Assembly: GCA_965227875.1 (NCBI GenBank)
Contig: OZ245783.1
Coordinates: 5,089,929-5,153,928, forward strand
Length of the DNA: 64,000 nt
Source of the DNA: Hyphomicrobiales bacterium
GTDB taxonomy: Bacteria; Pseudomonadota; Alphaproteobacteria; Rhizobiales; JAJFHC01
Reading direction: 5' to 3'
Under the pieces are notes generated by a model. It worked only from the letters and a program-made list of their open reading frames with translations. It did not search any database and was not told the origin of the DNA. Each line of letters begins with the position of its first letter. The stretch's first letter is position 1. Shown here one piece after another: positions 1-10,804 of the stretch. Made by a program: the position numbers and the translations under genes.

Positions 1-690
1 GTCCTTGTGGGCAATAACGTCAATTCCGCCATCGGACGATTTCTGTGTCACCCGTGCGTGATATCCCATGCAGGTCAGCAGGTGCGCGACAAACCGCTCA
101 AAGTCATATGGTGTCAGCTTTGCCTTGAGGCGCTTGATGATGAAGTCTTCGGTGGTCTCCTCCACCTGGATGGAAACTTCGTCCGCGGTATCCTCGTCGA
201 CATCCTCCGCGCCCGTGTCCTTGCCTTCCATGGCCGCACGGAACTCGTCAGCATGGGCACTGATCTGGAACAGGGTGATCGCGGACCCGATCTCATGTAG
301 CGCAGATTGGGAGAAACTGGCTCGTGGCAAATGCTTTACCCATCTCACGGACCGGCGGTGCGGGTATTGGCCAATGCAATCTTCGATGAAATCATAACCG
401 CTCGTGATGATCCCGATATTGACCATGCGGTCGGACTTCGACGGGTAGACGACGATGTCGCCCACCGCGATCTCATGCGCGAAACGGAACAACACTCCCG
501 CCTTGACCGGGATCGCACCGGTTTTTTCGTTCAGATAGTTTTCCGAGAACCGGACCTTGAACGCATCGCGATTGTCCGGCAACTCGGAAAGATCGCCCAT
601 GTCATCCCAGCCAATACCGACGAAGTTCCCATCGACCGGTGCCGATGCTTCAAGACGAGCCATGTGAAGGCCCCACATGGCATTGCTCAT
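1..690 (-). CDS. Mrr-family restriction endonuclease, N-terminal part only (gene runs off left edge)
   Basis: Hand translation of the minus strand from ATG at 690 gives MSNAMWGLHMARLEASAPVDGNFVGIGWDDMGDLSELPDNRDAFK... The visible end, ...FERFVAHLLTCMGYHARVTQKSSDGGIDVIAHKD, looks like the start of an Mrr_cat PD-(D/E)xK domain. It is absent from the ORF track because no stop lies inside the window. It sits 25 nt downstream of hsdS on the same strand. Confidence 0.7.
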   Translation of the reverse strand, partial: MSNAMWGLHMARLEASAPVDGNFVGIGWDDMGDLSELPDNRDAFKVRFSENYLNEKTGAIPVKAGVLFRFAHEIAVGDIVVYPSKSDRMVNIGIITSGYDFIEDCIGQYPHRRSVRWVKHLPRASFSQSALHEIGSAITLFQISAHADEFRAAMEGKDTGAEDVDEDTADEVSIQVEETTEDFIIKRLKAKLTPYDFERFVAHLLTCMGYHARVTQKSSDGGIDVIAHKD

Positions 691-715
691 GACGATTCCC
701 CGTCTTGGTATTTCA

Positions 716-1882
716 TCAGAGTTCACCCCGGAAGGCCCGTTGGGAAAGGGAAGCGAAAAATGTGTCGGCAACTTCAGCTGCTGCTCGTTGGCGATCTCGT
801 GTTTTCAACTGATGAACCACCGCTTCTTCATAACATCTTAAAACATTCTTATCGGGCCGTGGAACTTCGAGGGCCCTAAGGATTTCAAGATTTATGTTCT
901 TCTGTGCAACTTGCGGCGCGCGTTCCTCAATAATCCGCTTTAAAAATCCGAAGAGGCCCTTAACATAAGCTCTGTATACACTTTCTTTGGGTACAAACCC
1001 GACAACGCTATCGGGAAAACATGCATCAAAACCCAATACCGCTGTATCAGCAATATTCGCTGCGATTGTTATGCACAGCGTTCCTGCCGACCACATCTTA
1101 CTTTGTTTGAGTCCGAGTTCCGAGTAAGTCTGAGAGTAACTATTTATGAAGTATTCCGCGTTTGCCACATCCCCGGTTTGAATTAGAGGGTATGGTCCGC
1201 CCAACAAGGCTGGATCGTTCCGAGGTCGATGTTTTGACTTTCCTCGCTCAAACGCCCCGAATTCTCCAATTGATACGACCTCCCATCCCTTAGGATTTGC
1301 AACAGGGTCCCCGAACATATCCAGAAAGGTTGACCGAAGGAGCTCATCTGCCAGGCTCAGGGCTTGTCGATGCTTGCGGCGGATGGTGTCCGCCTTGTCC
1401 AGGATCGCGGCGATACGGCGTTGTTCTTCAAGGGAAACCACTGGAACACGGAGTTCTTTGAGTTTGGTGCTGTTCACTCCCGGCTGCGCACTGCCAGATG
1501 CGCGGGTAGTGATTTGGTTCCAATACGAAGGGGAATCAAAGAAGTGCGAAACAAACGTTGTGTCAAACTGATGGCCCATACGAACCCGGATTAGGTACGA
1601 AGCGAACACTGAGTCTGTTGGACACTCTCTGACAAGGAAACTCTTGCCTGTCGTTGCCCCGGTTCGAGCAATCACTATATCTCCAGCGACAAGTCTCTTT
1701 TTTCTCCGCTCCTTCTCGGACGCCTCGCAGTGGGGAACCTCAGACCATGCCACATTGCCACGTTGGATGTCGGTGATCCTGAGAAACTTTGGGCCTACAG
1801 GATCATCCGTCGCGGATGCCGTGACGCCGTAGTCAATAAGTTCCGCAACATCGCCCAATTTCACGCTGGACACTTCGCTCAC
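716..1882 (-). CDS. hsdS: Type I restriction-modification specificity subunit HsdS (two target-recognition domains)
   Basis: 388-aa ORF. It has two TRD-like halves separated by a conserved helical spacer ([25 protein letters not shown]...) and a C-terminal repeat of that helix. A 4-nt ATGA overlap joins it to hsdM. Confidence 0.9.
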   Translation of the reverse strand: MSEVSSVKLGDVAELIDYGVTASATDDPVGPKFLRITDIQRGNVAWSEVPHCEASEKERRKKRLVAGDIVIARTGATTGKSFLVRECPTDSVFASYLIRVRMGHQFDTTFVSHFFDSPSYWNQITTRASGSAQPGVNSTKLKELRVPVVSLEEQRRIAAILDKADTIRRKHRQALSLADELLRSTFLDMFGDPVANPKGWEVVSIGEFGAFERGKSKHRPRNDPALLGGPYPLIQTGDVANAEYFINSYSQTYSELGLKQSKMWSAGTLCITIAANIADTAVLGFDACFPDSVVGFVPKESVYRAYVKGLFGFLKRIIEERAPQVAQKNINLEILRALEVPRPDKNVLRCYEEAVVHQLKTRDRQRAAAEVADTFFASLSQRAFRGEL

Positions 1883-3393
1883 CCCAACATCCCCTCAAGT
1901 TCTTTGATATCCTTAGCGATGTCGTCGTGCAGGTTCTGCATCTGCTTGAGGATCACTTGGGGCTTCTCGTAGACCTCCTCCTCATAGACCGTTTCCTTGT
2001 ATCTGCTGAGTGACAGGTCATACTTGTTCGCCTTGATTTCCTCCGCCGAAACAAAGAAGGCCTTGCCGGTCCTGTCGGTGTCACTGTCGGGATCACGTTC
2101 CTTCCAACGCGCCAACACATTGGGCAGGTCGTTGGCTTCGACCTTTTCGCGTTTGTCATCAAGGGAAAAGCCATCGGCTTTCACGTCATAGAAAAAGACG
2201 TTGTCGGTATGCCCGCCTTTCGTGAGCACGAGGATTGCCGTCGAGACGCCTGCGTACGGCTTGAAGACCCCCGAGGGAAGTGAGATGACGGCTTCCAACT
2301 GATTGTCCTCGACCAACTTCTTTCGTAGTTCTTGATATGCCTTCGTATTGGTATTGGAAGTGACACCATCAGGCACGACCGTCGCCGATCGCCCCCCCAG
2401 TTTGAGCATTCTCAGGATCAGGACGAGAAACAGCAGTTCCGTCTTCCTGGTCTTCACGTTGGCCAGGAGGCTAGGATGCACGTCGTCATAGTCCAGGGCA
2501 CCCTTGAACGGCGGATTGGCAAGGATGACGTCGAGACTGTTGTCGGCGTGGCCGGGAAACCGTTCCGGGAAGCTGTTGGCCAGGGTATCCTGGTAATGGA
2601 TGTCCGGGGCATCGACCCCGTGCAGCATCAGGTTCATGACCGCGATGCGCAACATGGTGCTGTCAAAATCAAACCCGTGGAACATACCCTTGCGGATATG
2701 GTCCCGGTGCGGTTCCAGCAGGTCGCCCGTATAGGTCTTTTGACCGGTCTCCGCATCGACGATAATCCCGTTGGGCGACGTGTATCTCTCCAGCAGGTAG
2801 TCTGCGACGCTGATCAGAAACCCCCCCGTGCCACATGCGGGATCGCCCACTGTTTCCGTCGGTTTCGGGTCCAGCATCTCCACCATGAGACGGATGATGT
2901 GACGGGGCGTCCGGAATTGCCCGTTGATGCCCGCCGTCGTCAACTTGCTGAGCAGGTACTCATAGAGATCGCCCTTGGTATCGTCGTCACCCAGGGGAAG
3001 CGCGTCGATCATCTCCACGGCCGAAACCAGCAAGCTCGGCTTCTGGATCATCAACTGGGCATCCTTCATGTATTCGCCAAAGCCCGCCCCTTCGACGGAC
3101 ACGGTCTTGAAATGCGGAAAGACCCGGTCGCGCACCAGGGGCAGCATCTCCGTCGCACCAAGATTTCGAAACTGTGACCAGCGCAGGTCTTTTTCATCGG
3201 GACCGAAAAGAGGCTTGAACGATTTACCCGACAGTTGCGCCTTTCGCTCGTTGCGCGTTTCGGTCATGTCCAGAAGGCGCGAGAACATCAGGAAGGTGAT
3301 CTGTTCGATCACCGTAAGGGGGTTGGCGATTCCACCGGTCCAGAATTCCGTCCAGAGTGCATCGATCCGGTTTCGCAAAGTGCCCGTGAGCAT
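1879..3393 (-). CDS. hsdM: Type I R-M N6-adenine DNA methyltransferase HsdM
   Basis: 504-aa ORF. It carries the SAM motif [10 protein letters not shown] and the catalytic NPPF ([10 protein letters not shown]), plus an HsdM_N-like N-terminus. Confidence 0.95.
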   Translation of the reverse strand: MLTGTLRNRIDALWTEFWTGGIANPLTVIEQITFLMFSRLLDMTETRNERKAQLSGKSFKPLFGPDEKDLRWSQFRNLGATEMLPLVRDRVFPHFKTVSVEGAGFGEYMKDAQLMIQKPSLLVSAVEMIDALPLGDDDTKGDLYEYLLSKLTTAGINGQFRTPRHIIRLMVEMLDPKPTETVGDPACGTGGFLISVADYLLERYTSPNGIIVDAETGQKTYTGDLLEPHRDHIRKGMFHGFDFDSTMLRIAVMNLMLHGVDAPDIHYQDTLANSFPERFPGHADNSLDVILANPPFKGALDYDDVHPSLLANVKTRKTELLFLVLILRMLKLGGRSATVVPDGVTSNTNTKAYQELRKKLVEDNQLEAVISLPSGVFKPYAGVSTAILVLTKGGHTDNVFFYDVKADGFSLDDKREKVEANDLPNVLARWKERDPDSDTDRTGKAFFVSAEEIKANKYDLSLSRYKETVYEEEVYEKPQVILKQMQNLHDDIAKDIKELEGMLG

Positions 3394-6300
3394 CAGGAAG
3401 TGGCCTCGGTTTTTGTTGTGTCCGGGCTCATGATGTTGAAACTTCTGACAATGTCGAGCAGTTCTTCCTGGTCTGACGGGTCCGGAAAGACACCATGCAA
3501 TCCGTCTTCGTGAATCCGGGTGAACGGAGCATCGACGAGCTTTTCCATCGCGATGCTGCCTGTCTGGGCGATCACGCTTTGGAGCAGCTTGAGGAAATGC
3601 GTCTGTTTCGCGGTCAATGAAGGATGCCGGGCGACGAAATCCTGAAAGCGGTCGCGGACCGCCGTCTCATCCATGCCGACGATACCGCGCAATATGGCAT
3701 CCAGGTTTTCCGCAAGCTCGGGGTAGAACTCCTTCAGTAGACTCAGGTCGACGTCCGGGTTCTCTGTCAGGACCATGGACACCAACGCGTCGAGATCGCG
3801 CTCGCTGACGGCTTCCCCGGACCTGATTCTCTGGAGCGTCGGGTTCTTGTCGAAGAGATCGCGTAAGGTCTCCTCGACACGTTTGCGGTAGGCCGCAAGA
3901 TCGATCGGAGCGACGCCTGTCGCCCGACGCCCGGTTTCAATCTCTTCGATGCTCTCGGCAATGTCGACGGTCTGCGGCAGGACGGGGTCGTTCGTAACGG
4001 TCTCCATGTACTGCATGACCGACCGAAGCTCCTGGCGGATATCTTCAAGGTCCACGCAGGTCACGTCGTCCCAAAACGTCGCGGTACGAACCCGCTTGAT
4101 TGTATCCACCTTGGCTTTCACCGGGTTGAGATTCTTCCGCAGCCTGTTGACCCTGTTGAGCACCTCCCCCTTGAGATCATCGAACGCCGTCGTTTCCTTC
4201 AGCAGGGAAATCTGTAGTTGCGTGACGAGGAGGTCGAACTCATGGGCGTCCCTGTGACCGCGAATGTTGATCCATTGGGTAAGCGGACCAATCTCCGATC
4301 GAAGCAGTTTGACTGTTGCGGGAGAAAATTTCTCGATCACGCCGTCCTGGCGAACGGTCTGGATTTCCCCCCATTTTTCCCGCACGGAAATTGTTTCTTC
4401 CGGAAGTGATGCAACGTCTTGCTCGATGAGCGCGATCGTCTGTGTGAACGTATCGAGATCCGCCGCAGTGAGTGCGGCCGATGCCAGATCGAGACGGGCG
4501 ATGAAGAGGCCCTGCATCAGCGAGTACGAGCGGCTCGGCTCGGCCTCGGGCTTGTTCTGTTCGAAATATTCGAAATTGCCCCAGTGATCGAAAATGCGGA
4601 ACACGGTCTTGTCGCGTCCAGGACCGAACAGTCCTGGGCAAAGCCGGGTGCCCCGACCGATCATCTGCCAGAACTTCACCTTGGAACGGACCGGTTTTGC
4701 AAAGACCAAGTTGACGATTTCCGGAACGTCAATGCCGGTGTCGAGCATGTCCACCGATATGGCGATCGTCAGGTCGTGATTTGTGCCCTGCCCCTTGAAA
4801 TCATCGATCAATTGTTCCGCGCGCGGATCATAATTGTCGATCACCTGGCAGAACCTACCGCCATATTGCGGATAAAGTTCGTCAAAGAGATTTTGAAGCA
4901 GAACCGCATGCCGATGGTTCCGGGCAAACACGATGGATTTGCCCGGCAGCTGCCCGCTTTCGTCGCGTATCCCGTTTTCCATCAGGTTACGAACGATCAG
5001 GCGGTTCGTATCCTTGTTGTGGATCTGACGGTCGATCGACTGTGCTTCATGATTGAGCGCTTCGGCGTCTTCCCCATCCTCTTCAAGCTGTTCGATCTGT
5101 TCCCGGGTCAGGTTCTCGTACTTGATCCCTTCACGCAGAAACTTTGTCGTGTGCGTATAGACCTCGTAAGGCACGAGATATCCGTCCGTTACCGCGTCTT
5201 CGAGTGAGTAGAACGCGGTCGGGTCCTGGTTCTCGCACCCGAACAATCCAAAGGTGTTGCGCGAGATGAACTCGACAGGTGTCGCGGTCAACCCGATCTG
5301 CAGGCTGTCGAAATAGCGGAAGAGATCGCGGTATCGGTTGTAGATGCTGCGATGGCTTTCATCCGCGATGATCAGGTCGAAGAACCCGACGTCGAAAGTC
5401 TGGAAGATGTTCATCATCGCCGGATAGGTGCCGACGAAAATGCGGCTTTTCGTGTCGTTCACCGTGTGCCGCGTGACCTCCGTCAGCGGATCGTGCGTAA
5501 AGTCGTTGAAGGCGTTCTTGGCCTGTTTCACCAGTTCCTTGCGGTCACAGAGAAAGAGGATCCTCTTGGCCCATTTCGCCCTGATCAGAAGTTCCGAAAG
5601 CGCGATCGCGACACGCGTCTTGCCGGTCCCGGTCGCCTGCACAATAAGCGCCCTCCGGCGCTTTCCGGTGAAAGTTTCACAGACCCTCTTGATGGCTTCG
5701 AGCTGATAGATCCGCTCTACGATTTCCGTTTTCGGTGAAAGCGTATTGAGAAGTTGCTTCTGGTCGCGCTGAAAATTGACCAGCGTCTGCAGGCTCGACT
5801 TGGAATAGAAACCGAACAGCGGTCGTGGCGGATATCCCTGTTCGTCATCCCAGATCCAGATGTTGTAACCGTTCGTATAAAATACGACCGGCCGCTGACC
5901 ATAGGCCTGTTCGAGGGCGTCGGCATAAAGTGAGGCCTGTTTACGTCCCCGTTCTTCCGACTGCGCCGTGCGCTTGGCCTCGATAACCGCCAGCGGCTTG
6001 CCATTATCGTCGAAGAGAACATAGTCGGCATAACCAATTCCCGACGGCGTTGGCTGTCCTTGCACTTCGAGCTCCACCTTAACCGAAGCCGTGTCATTGA
6101 CGTCCCAACCCGCATCGGCAAGGGCGACATCGATGAGGCGTGCGCGCGTGGTTGCCTCGTCGAATGAGAGTGCATCCGCCACTTGGCGGCCACGTTGCCG
6201 ATCTTCGGTCGACAAGGCCTGGCTTTCGTACTCGACCTTTACTTTCTCGAGTGCCTCTAGCGCCGCGTTCAGGTCTGCTTCGGCCTTATCTTTGTCTGCC

Positions 6301-6749
6301 CTGAGCTGCTGGAGTTCGGCCGTGCTGTCAGCCGGCGTCCTGAACTCAGCGATCTCATCGACGGGGATCTCGCGGCAGCGGATCCCGTACCAGACGCTGA
6401 CCGCATGTGCCTCCTTCAGAATCCAGAGCGCCTCACTGGCCTTGACGGTCCCGCCGTGCGCGGCCTTGTTTCCCTGTTTGCGGATCGCGTGAAGTTTCGC
6501 ACAAACCGCTTCCGGCACAGCCTCTCGAAATGCCCGAAACGTCAGCCTACGGACAAACTCACGCTCGTCGGGCGGTTCAAGTCTCAGGTCGGTATAAATC
6601 GCCTGGGCAATCAGCTCGGCGAGACTTCTCAGTTTAACAAGAGCACTGGCAGGATCGCTGTGAACATACCTTTCGGCAAATCCACCCAATTCGGCAAGGA
6701 CAGGCGCACTCTCGCGAAAGAGCTCGAAGTTCAGAGAATTAGATGCCAC
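3393..6749 (-). CDS. hsdR: Type I restriction enzyme R subunit HsdR with N-terminal DUF4145-like domain
   Basis: 1118-aa ORF. It has a nuclease motif [10 protein letters not shown]...AVIEAKRT, Walker A QATGTGKT and a DEAH box (IIADESHR), followed by a long helical C-terminal region. Its stop overlaps the hsdM start. Confidence 0.95.
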   Translation of the reverse strand: MASNSLNFELFRESAPVLAELGGFAERYVHSDPASALVKLRSLAELIAQAIYTDLRLEPPDEREFVRRLTFRAFREAVPEAVCAKLHAIRKQGNKAAHGGTVKASEALWILKEAHAVSVWYGIRCREIPVDEIAEFRTPADSTAELQQLRADKDKAEADLNAALEALEKVKVEYESQALSTEDRQRGRQVADALSFDEATTRARLIDVALADAGWDVNDTASVKVELEVQGQPTPSGIGYADYVLFDDNGKPLAVIEAKRTAQSEERGRKQASLYADALEQAYGQRPVVFYTNGYNIWIWDDEQGYPPRPLFGFYSKSSLQTLVNFQRDQKQLLNTLSPKTEIVERIYQLEAIKRVCETFTGKRRRALIVQATGTGKTRVAIALSELLIRAKWAKRILFLCDRKELVKQAKNAFNDFTHDPLTEVTRHTVNDTKSRIFVGTYPAMMNIFQTFDVGFFDLIIADESHRSIYNRYRDLFRYFDSLQIGLTATPVEFISRNTFGLFGCENQDPTAFYSLEDAVTDGYLVPYEVYTHTTKFLREGIKYENLTREQIEQLEEDGEDAEALNHEAQSIDRQIHNKDTNRLIVRNLMENGIRDESGQLPGKSIVFARNHRHAVLLQNLFDELYPQYGGRFCQVIDNYDPRAEQLIDDFKGQGTNHDLTIAISVDMLDTGIDVPEIVNLVFAKPVRSKVKFWQMIGRGTRLCPGLFGPGRDKTVFRIFDHWGNFEYFEQNKPEAEPSRSYSLMQGLFIARLDLASAALTAADLDTFTQTIALIEQDVASLPEETISVREKWGEIQTVRQDGVIEKFSPATVKLLRSEIGPLTQWINIRGHRDAHEFDLLVTQLQISLLKETTAFDDLKGEVLNRVNRLRKNLNPVKAKVDTIKRVRTATFWDDVTCVDLEDIRQELRSVMQYMETVTNDPVLPQTVDIAESIEEIETGRRATGVAPIDLAAYRKRVEETLRDLFDKNPTLQRIRSGEAVSERDLDALVSMVLTENPDVDLSLLKEFYPELAENLDAILRGIVGMDETAVRDRFQDFVARHPSLTAKQTHFLKLLQSVIAQTGSIAMEKLVDAPFTRIHEDGLHGVFPDPSDQEELLDIVRSFNIMSPDTTKTEATS

Positions 6750-6788
6750 GGATTTCAGCCCTGCTAGCGTGCCCTGCCTTGGACTCCT

Positions 6789-7271
6789 TCACACAAGATC
6801 ACGCGCAGAACCCGCCTTGAGCTTTTCCTGTACGTCTTCGAGGATCTTGTCGATTTCGGGCTGTTGAAGGTTCGACCGGACGAATGACATCACATGGGTT
6901 TGCAGTTCCTCGAATCCATCTTCGCCGAGGGTACCAAGCAATCCATGACACCAGGCTTCGAGGATGGACGCCTTAGCCCACGGCACATGACCGTAGGGGC
7001 TGTCGATCTGGCCAGATTTGGCAAGCCGATTGGCCTCAGGTGCGACTGCATCTCTCTCCCGGGATGCTTTCTCCAGGGTGCCCTTGATGATCATGTCGGA
7101 CATGTGAGGCGCCGCCGCACTTATGCTTCCTAGCGTCGCAACCTTCTGCCACAGCTCTTCGGCAACCTCCTTGCGCACATCGGGACGACCTTTTTCCAGA
7201 GCCGAAATCGAGCTTTTCAGATCACCGATAAAAATTTTCCGATTGGCTTTCTGCGTAAGCCATTTGAGCAT
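6789..7271 (-). CDS. Hypothetical 160-aa helical protein, first gene of the hsdR operon
   Basis: The ORF ends 39 nt upstream of the hsdR start on the same strand and is preceded by a 500-bp AT-rich non-coding region. I recognise no motif. Confidence 0.55.
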   Translation of the reverse strand: MLKWLTQKANRKIFIGDLKSSISALEKGRPDVRKEVAEELWQKVATLGSISAAAPHMSDMIIKGTLEKASRERDAVAPEANRLAKSGQIDSPYGHVPWAKASILEAWCHGLLGTLGEDGFEELQTHVMSFVRSNLQQPEIDKILEDVQEKLKAGSARDLV

Positions 7272-7771
7272 GTAATCATCCCCGCGTTACGTTCGTCGAC
7301 GGATCCGTCATCGGACCAATCAATCACATTACAAACTCAAAGCGACATGTTGGCCAATGCTGCCTCCTCAGATCTCAAAGCAACAATCCACCAACAACCC
7401 TTGAAATTCTCCGCAGTTCACATGATGGATTTCAATAACAGTCCAAACTTTACGCGTCGTTCTGAATTCCCGATTTATGACGATTTAATCACACTATATT
7501 CTCGAGTCTACAGAGATTTTAGTGACCATGCTTACAAAGCCTCGTTTGACGGGCTTCATTCACCCAAGAACCTTTCGGTGAGTATTGAGAAACGGTATTG
7601 AGTTTAATTCTTGCATCCTGCATCTTCGCGATCGGCAGAAACCCGATTTTATCAGGATGCGCCAGAAGAAGAGCGGTTCTAGTGAGTTCCGTGCACCTTC
7701 CCTATAAGAGCTGCTGGGCAGATGTACCCTGTCCGTACCTCTAACTCGAAATACTCCGCAAACGGAAAGGT

Positions 7772-8611
7772 ATGAAGGATCCGATGGGCAACTACCTTCA
7801 TTTGCCGGCTGAAACACTTGAAGTGATGCGGACATCCTACAACTACCCACCCGCAACACTGATGCATGTCGAGGGTCCAGGGAGCCAGAGCATCGAGATC
7901 CCACAAGGCAAACACATCGCTCCTGACGTTTCGCGACTTAAAGGTTGGTCAACTTCAGCTCGTCCGTGCTCAACCTCGTCCGTCGATGTCGACCGTCACC
8001 ACCACGCACTGCTTTGGAGCACCAGCGAGTCCGATCAGATAACCGGGTTGCTTTCGGTACAATTCTGGGGGTTCTACTCGGGCGCGGACGGACGGCATCG
8101 TTCCGGTCGGGCGCTGGCCCGGGCAAAACAGGTCATCAACGGAAAAAAGAACTCGAAAAGAACACCCCTGGACGAGATCCTGGATCGCTTCGGTTCGGTC
8201 CGGACGCTGGTCACGCAAGAGAAGTTCGGGGACGCGATTCTTGATGCGATGAAACTGCCGGGTTTCGGCATGTCATTTGCCTCGAAACTTGTCGCATTCC
8301 TCTGCCCTGAAAAAGCCGGGGTTTATGACTCGGTGGTGGCAGCGCTTATCCATCAAAACCAACGGCTTTTTCCACCAGGCCTGTGGACCGACCTTAAGAG
8401 CCTTGCGCGAAAGCAGGAGAAAAAGGACGTCTATGAAAAATGGTGCCATTTCTGTTCGAACACCGCCGAACGGCTCAATCACGACCGTTCGGTTTGGATG
8501 GACTGGGATGGCATCAAGCACCCATGGCGCGCGGTCGACGTGGAACGGGCCATCTTCGCGATCGGAAGAGAAGACCTGGAGCAGCACACAAACAGGCTAG
8601 GCCCCGGCTAG
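7772..8611 (+). CDS. Hypothetical protein, possibly of the OGG-fold (8-oxoguanine-glycosylase-like) family
   Basis: 279-aa ORF with GC3-rich codons throughout and GGAAAGG just upstream of the ATG. Segments QFWGFYSGADGRHRSGR and LPGFGMSFASKLVAFLCPEKAGVYDS resemble, from memory, the conserved blocks of proteins annotated as 'OGG fold protein'. This was not verified by search. Confidence 0.5.
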   Translation: MKDPMGNYLHLPAETLEVMRTSYNYPPATLMHVEGPGSQSIEIPQGKHIAPDVSRLKGWSTSARPCSTSSVDVDRHHHALLWSTSESDQITGLLSVQFWGFYSGADGRHRSGRALARAKQVINGKKNSKRTPLDEILDRFGSVRTLVTQEKFGDAILDAMKLPGFGMSFASKLVAFLCPEKAGVYDSVVAALIHQNQRLFPPGLWTDLKSLARKQEKKDVYEKWCHFCSNTAERLNHDRSVWMDWDGIKHPWRAVDVERAIFAIGREDLEQHTNRLGPG

Positions 8612-8623
8612 ACACACAGCAGT

Positions 8624-9871
8624 TCATTTTATGCAATGGCTCAAGGCGATCTTGGTAATGCGCGGATCGCCCACCAGGTCGAACTTGAGTATCTGTGATG
8701 CGGCCCAGTACACACGTGGCAGGTTACCGTCCGGATCTTGCTCGTATTCGATCCGTCGCGCACCGACAAGCCAGCTTTTGTCCGCGTCTGGCAGGACCCA
8801 GGACATCGCATTGAGATACTGTCCGTCGTCAAGTTTCTCGACCTTGTAGGCAACTGGATCGGCGCGAACATGCCTTGCCCCAGACGGGAGAATAAACCGA
8901 AAATCGATATTCCTTGCGATGTCATCGTAGGCATCGCGCACATCGGTTTCGGACCTGAAAAGGATCGAAATGTGCGGGGACCTGGACTTGCCGCGACAAT
9001 ATAGGCGGTAGATCGTCGGGTATTCCAGGTCGGCTTCTGCGCCCGCCACGTGCTTCACCTCCACGACCGCGCCATCACGGCCGAAAGGCACAAGCGCAAT
9101 TGAGGAATACCTGTCAGTGGTATTGTCGAGGTTCAAATGCAGGATCTGGTCACGAGTAAGCCAATGCATTCCGGACCAGGGTGTCCGTGACCCTGCGATT
9201 GACAACAACCGCGTATCGACACCCATTTCTGCGAGATAGGCTACGAGAACGCCAGTAACAACCTGGTCAAGAGAACGGTCGAAGCCCGTGGCAACTTTCT
9301 TCTCGGGTTCCGCGAGGGAGTCGGGATCAAAAAACTGATGAACGCCTAACCGCGTCTCCTCGTCGGTAAATCTCTTCCAGCCCCCCGCGAAAGCGTAAAC
9401 ACAAGCGGATGCGCACTGACCGGCCTCCCCGGCTTCCTGATAAACGGTCCGGTTGCCGCGGGTTTTCCAGTCCTGGATGACACCCAAAGTCTTACCCACG
9501 ACCAGGTTCATCTTGTGCTTGCGGAACACCTCGCCAAGCTTGAGCGCCTCGAACAGATTGCCGCCTGTGGAATTGATCTCGACGCGAGCGCCGGTGAAGT
9601 CACCGTCACTGTTGGAGAGGAACTTTTCAAATCGGCTCGCTGTCCCTTTTTCAATGACGCCGTCAGCGATAATCCACTCGCAGATGTTGCAATTGCCGCC
9701 ATTGAACGCCTCGAAAAATGCCATGGGCGCATCGTCGGGCTGGCGAAAGGCCTCGTCCGCAGCAGCACCGCGCACCCAATATGGGACGGTCAGGACGACC
9801 ATGACGAACAAAGAGAAGAACCAAGCCCTGATCATCTTCAACCTCACAACTGCCGGCAAGTCGCATCCCAA
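8624..9871 (-). CDS. Membrane-anchored/periplasmic COG3904-like (ClpP/crotonase-like) protein with extra ~190-aa C-terminal domain
   Basis: 415-aa ORF. An N-terminal hydrophobic helix MIRAWFFSLFVMVVLTV suggests an alternative start at 9835. The motifs INSTGGNLFEALKLGEVFR, CASACVYAFAGG and RLGVHQF are typical of COG3904 predicted periplasmic proteins. Confidence 0.7.
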   Translation of the reverse strand: MGCDLPAVVRLKMIRAWFFSLFVMVVLTVPYWVRGAAADEAFRQPDDAPMAFFEAFNGGNCNICEWIIADGVIEKGTASRFEKFLSNSDGDFTGARVEINSTGGNLFEALKLGEVFRKHKMNLVVGKTLGVIQDWKTRGNRTVYQEAGEAGQCASACVYAFAGGWKRFTDEETRLGVHQFFDPDSLAEPEKKVATGFDRSLDQVVTGVLVAYLAEMGVDTRLLSIAGSRTPWSGMHWLTRDQILHLNLDNTTDRYSSIALVPFGRDGAVVEVKHVAGAEADLEYPTIYRLYCRGKSRSPHISILFRSETDVRDAYDDIARNIDFRFILPSGARHVRADPVAYKVEKLDDGQYLNAMSWVLPDADKSWLVGARRIEYEQDPDGNLPRVYWAASQILKFDLVGDPRITKIALSHCIK

Positions 9872-9973
9872 TGGCTATGATACGAGACACATGACTTCGT
9901 TCCGACGGTTTCCGATGAACCGACACGTTTCAAGTCTACTGCCACCGAAACAACCTTTGGGAGGGAACAGTTC

Positions 9974-10291
9974 GTGTCAAGAATTCGCATAGCCCTCGTG
10001 CCAATCATTGCGCTGCCATGTGTATTAAGCGCTTACGAACCCGCCAAATCCGATCAAGCCAAATCCTATCGAACCAATGGAACGGCACGAATCCAGTCTT
10101 GCACCAACATGGGGATCATCATCTGCGACGATGAAACAGTGCGGATCCCGGGTGTCGTCAACAGGTCGGACCCGCGCTACACTGGGATCACGTCAGAACG
10201 TCGGGGCACATTTCATGTGTGCCGAAAAACAATTGAATCAGGCTTCATAAAGTCCAGGGAACTGGTCTTCAGGTGCTGGCCGATACGTTGA
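9974..10291 (+). CDS. Small Cys-rich putative secreted protein (105 aa)
   Basis: GTG start with GGGAGGG 8 nt upstream. The N-terminus is signal-like (RIALVPIIALPCVLSA). It is lower in GC than the core genome. I know of no homology. Confidence 0.4.
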   Translation: MSRIRIALVPIIALPCVLSAYEPAKSDQAKSYRTNGTARIQSCTNMGIIICDDETVRIPGVVNRSDPRYTGITSERRGTFHVCRKTIESGFIKSRELVFRCWPIR

Positions 10292-10379
10292 TATTGTCCC
10301 GCGTGAAAACGATCCCTGTTCTGGCTGTTAAGGCAACGGGACAGGTCTCCGATGCTAGAAGCAGGTCTGGGGGCTGCGG

Positions 10380-10799
10380 ATGTCAAAGATTCAAGACGCT
10401 CTCGAAGACGCAAGAGATATCGCATACTTCGTGATCTATGCCCGAAAAGGCCAGGATCTTGACTGGCGAGATGGGCCCGTCGAGGAGACAGGCTATTACA
10501 CGAATTTCTGTGTGCCCGGGTGCTGTCGACCGCGTGGACCGTTCAGCCTCGAAGAGGCCACCGCCATAAGCTGGGACTATGTCCAGAAGTGCAGAAATCA
10601 GGTGTTCTCACCGGAGGAGGAAGAAGAACTTGTCCGGGCACTCGAAGCAGAAGGTGCATGGCAAGAGCCGCAATTGCCAGAATCGCTCACTCCCCGAAAC
10701 ATGATCGAGTGGGATGAAACCGACGACGGTGCGGGCGCAGGCGATGAAACTATGCACCCAGATGCCATGAAAAGAAACGAGGACGGACCGAACGAGTAA
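10380..10799 (+). CDS. Hypothetical acidic protein (139 aa)
   Basis: ORF with a strongly acidic C-terminal half (SPEEEEELVRALEAEG...WDETDDGAGAGDE). I recognise no domain. Confidence 0.45.
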   Translation: MSKIQDALEDARDIAYFVIYARKGQDLDWRDGPVEETGYYTNFCVPGCCRPRGPFSLEEATAISWDYVQKCRNQVFSPEEEEELVRALEAEGAWQEPQLPESLTPRNMIEWDETDDGAGAGDETMHPDAMKRNEDGPNE

Positions 10800-10804
10800 T
10801 ATGC

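Noticed and set aside
307-879. 190-aa plus-strand ORF at the left end.
   Set aside because: It lies antisense to the hand-translated Mrr-like gene (1..690), whose sequence is clearly protein-like and family-typical.
7347-7601. 84-aa ORF in the AT-rich block.
   Set aside because: It has no SD and a low-complexity, AT-driven composition with no recognisable similarity. It is kept only as part of the non-coding-block finding.
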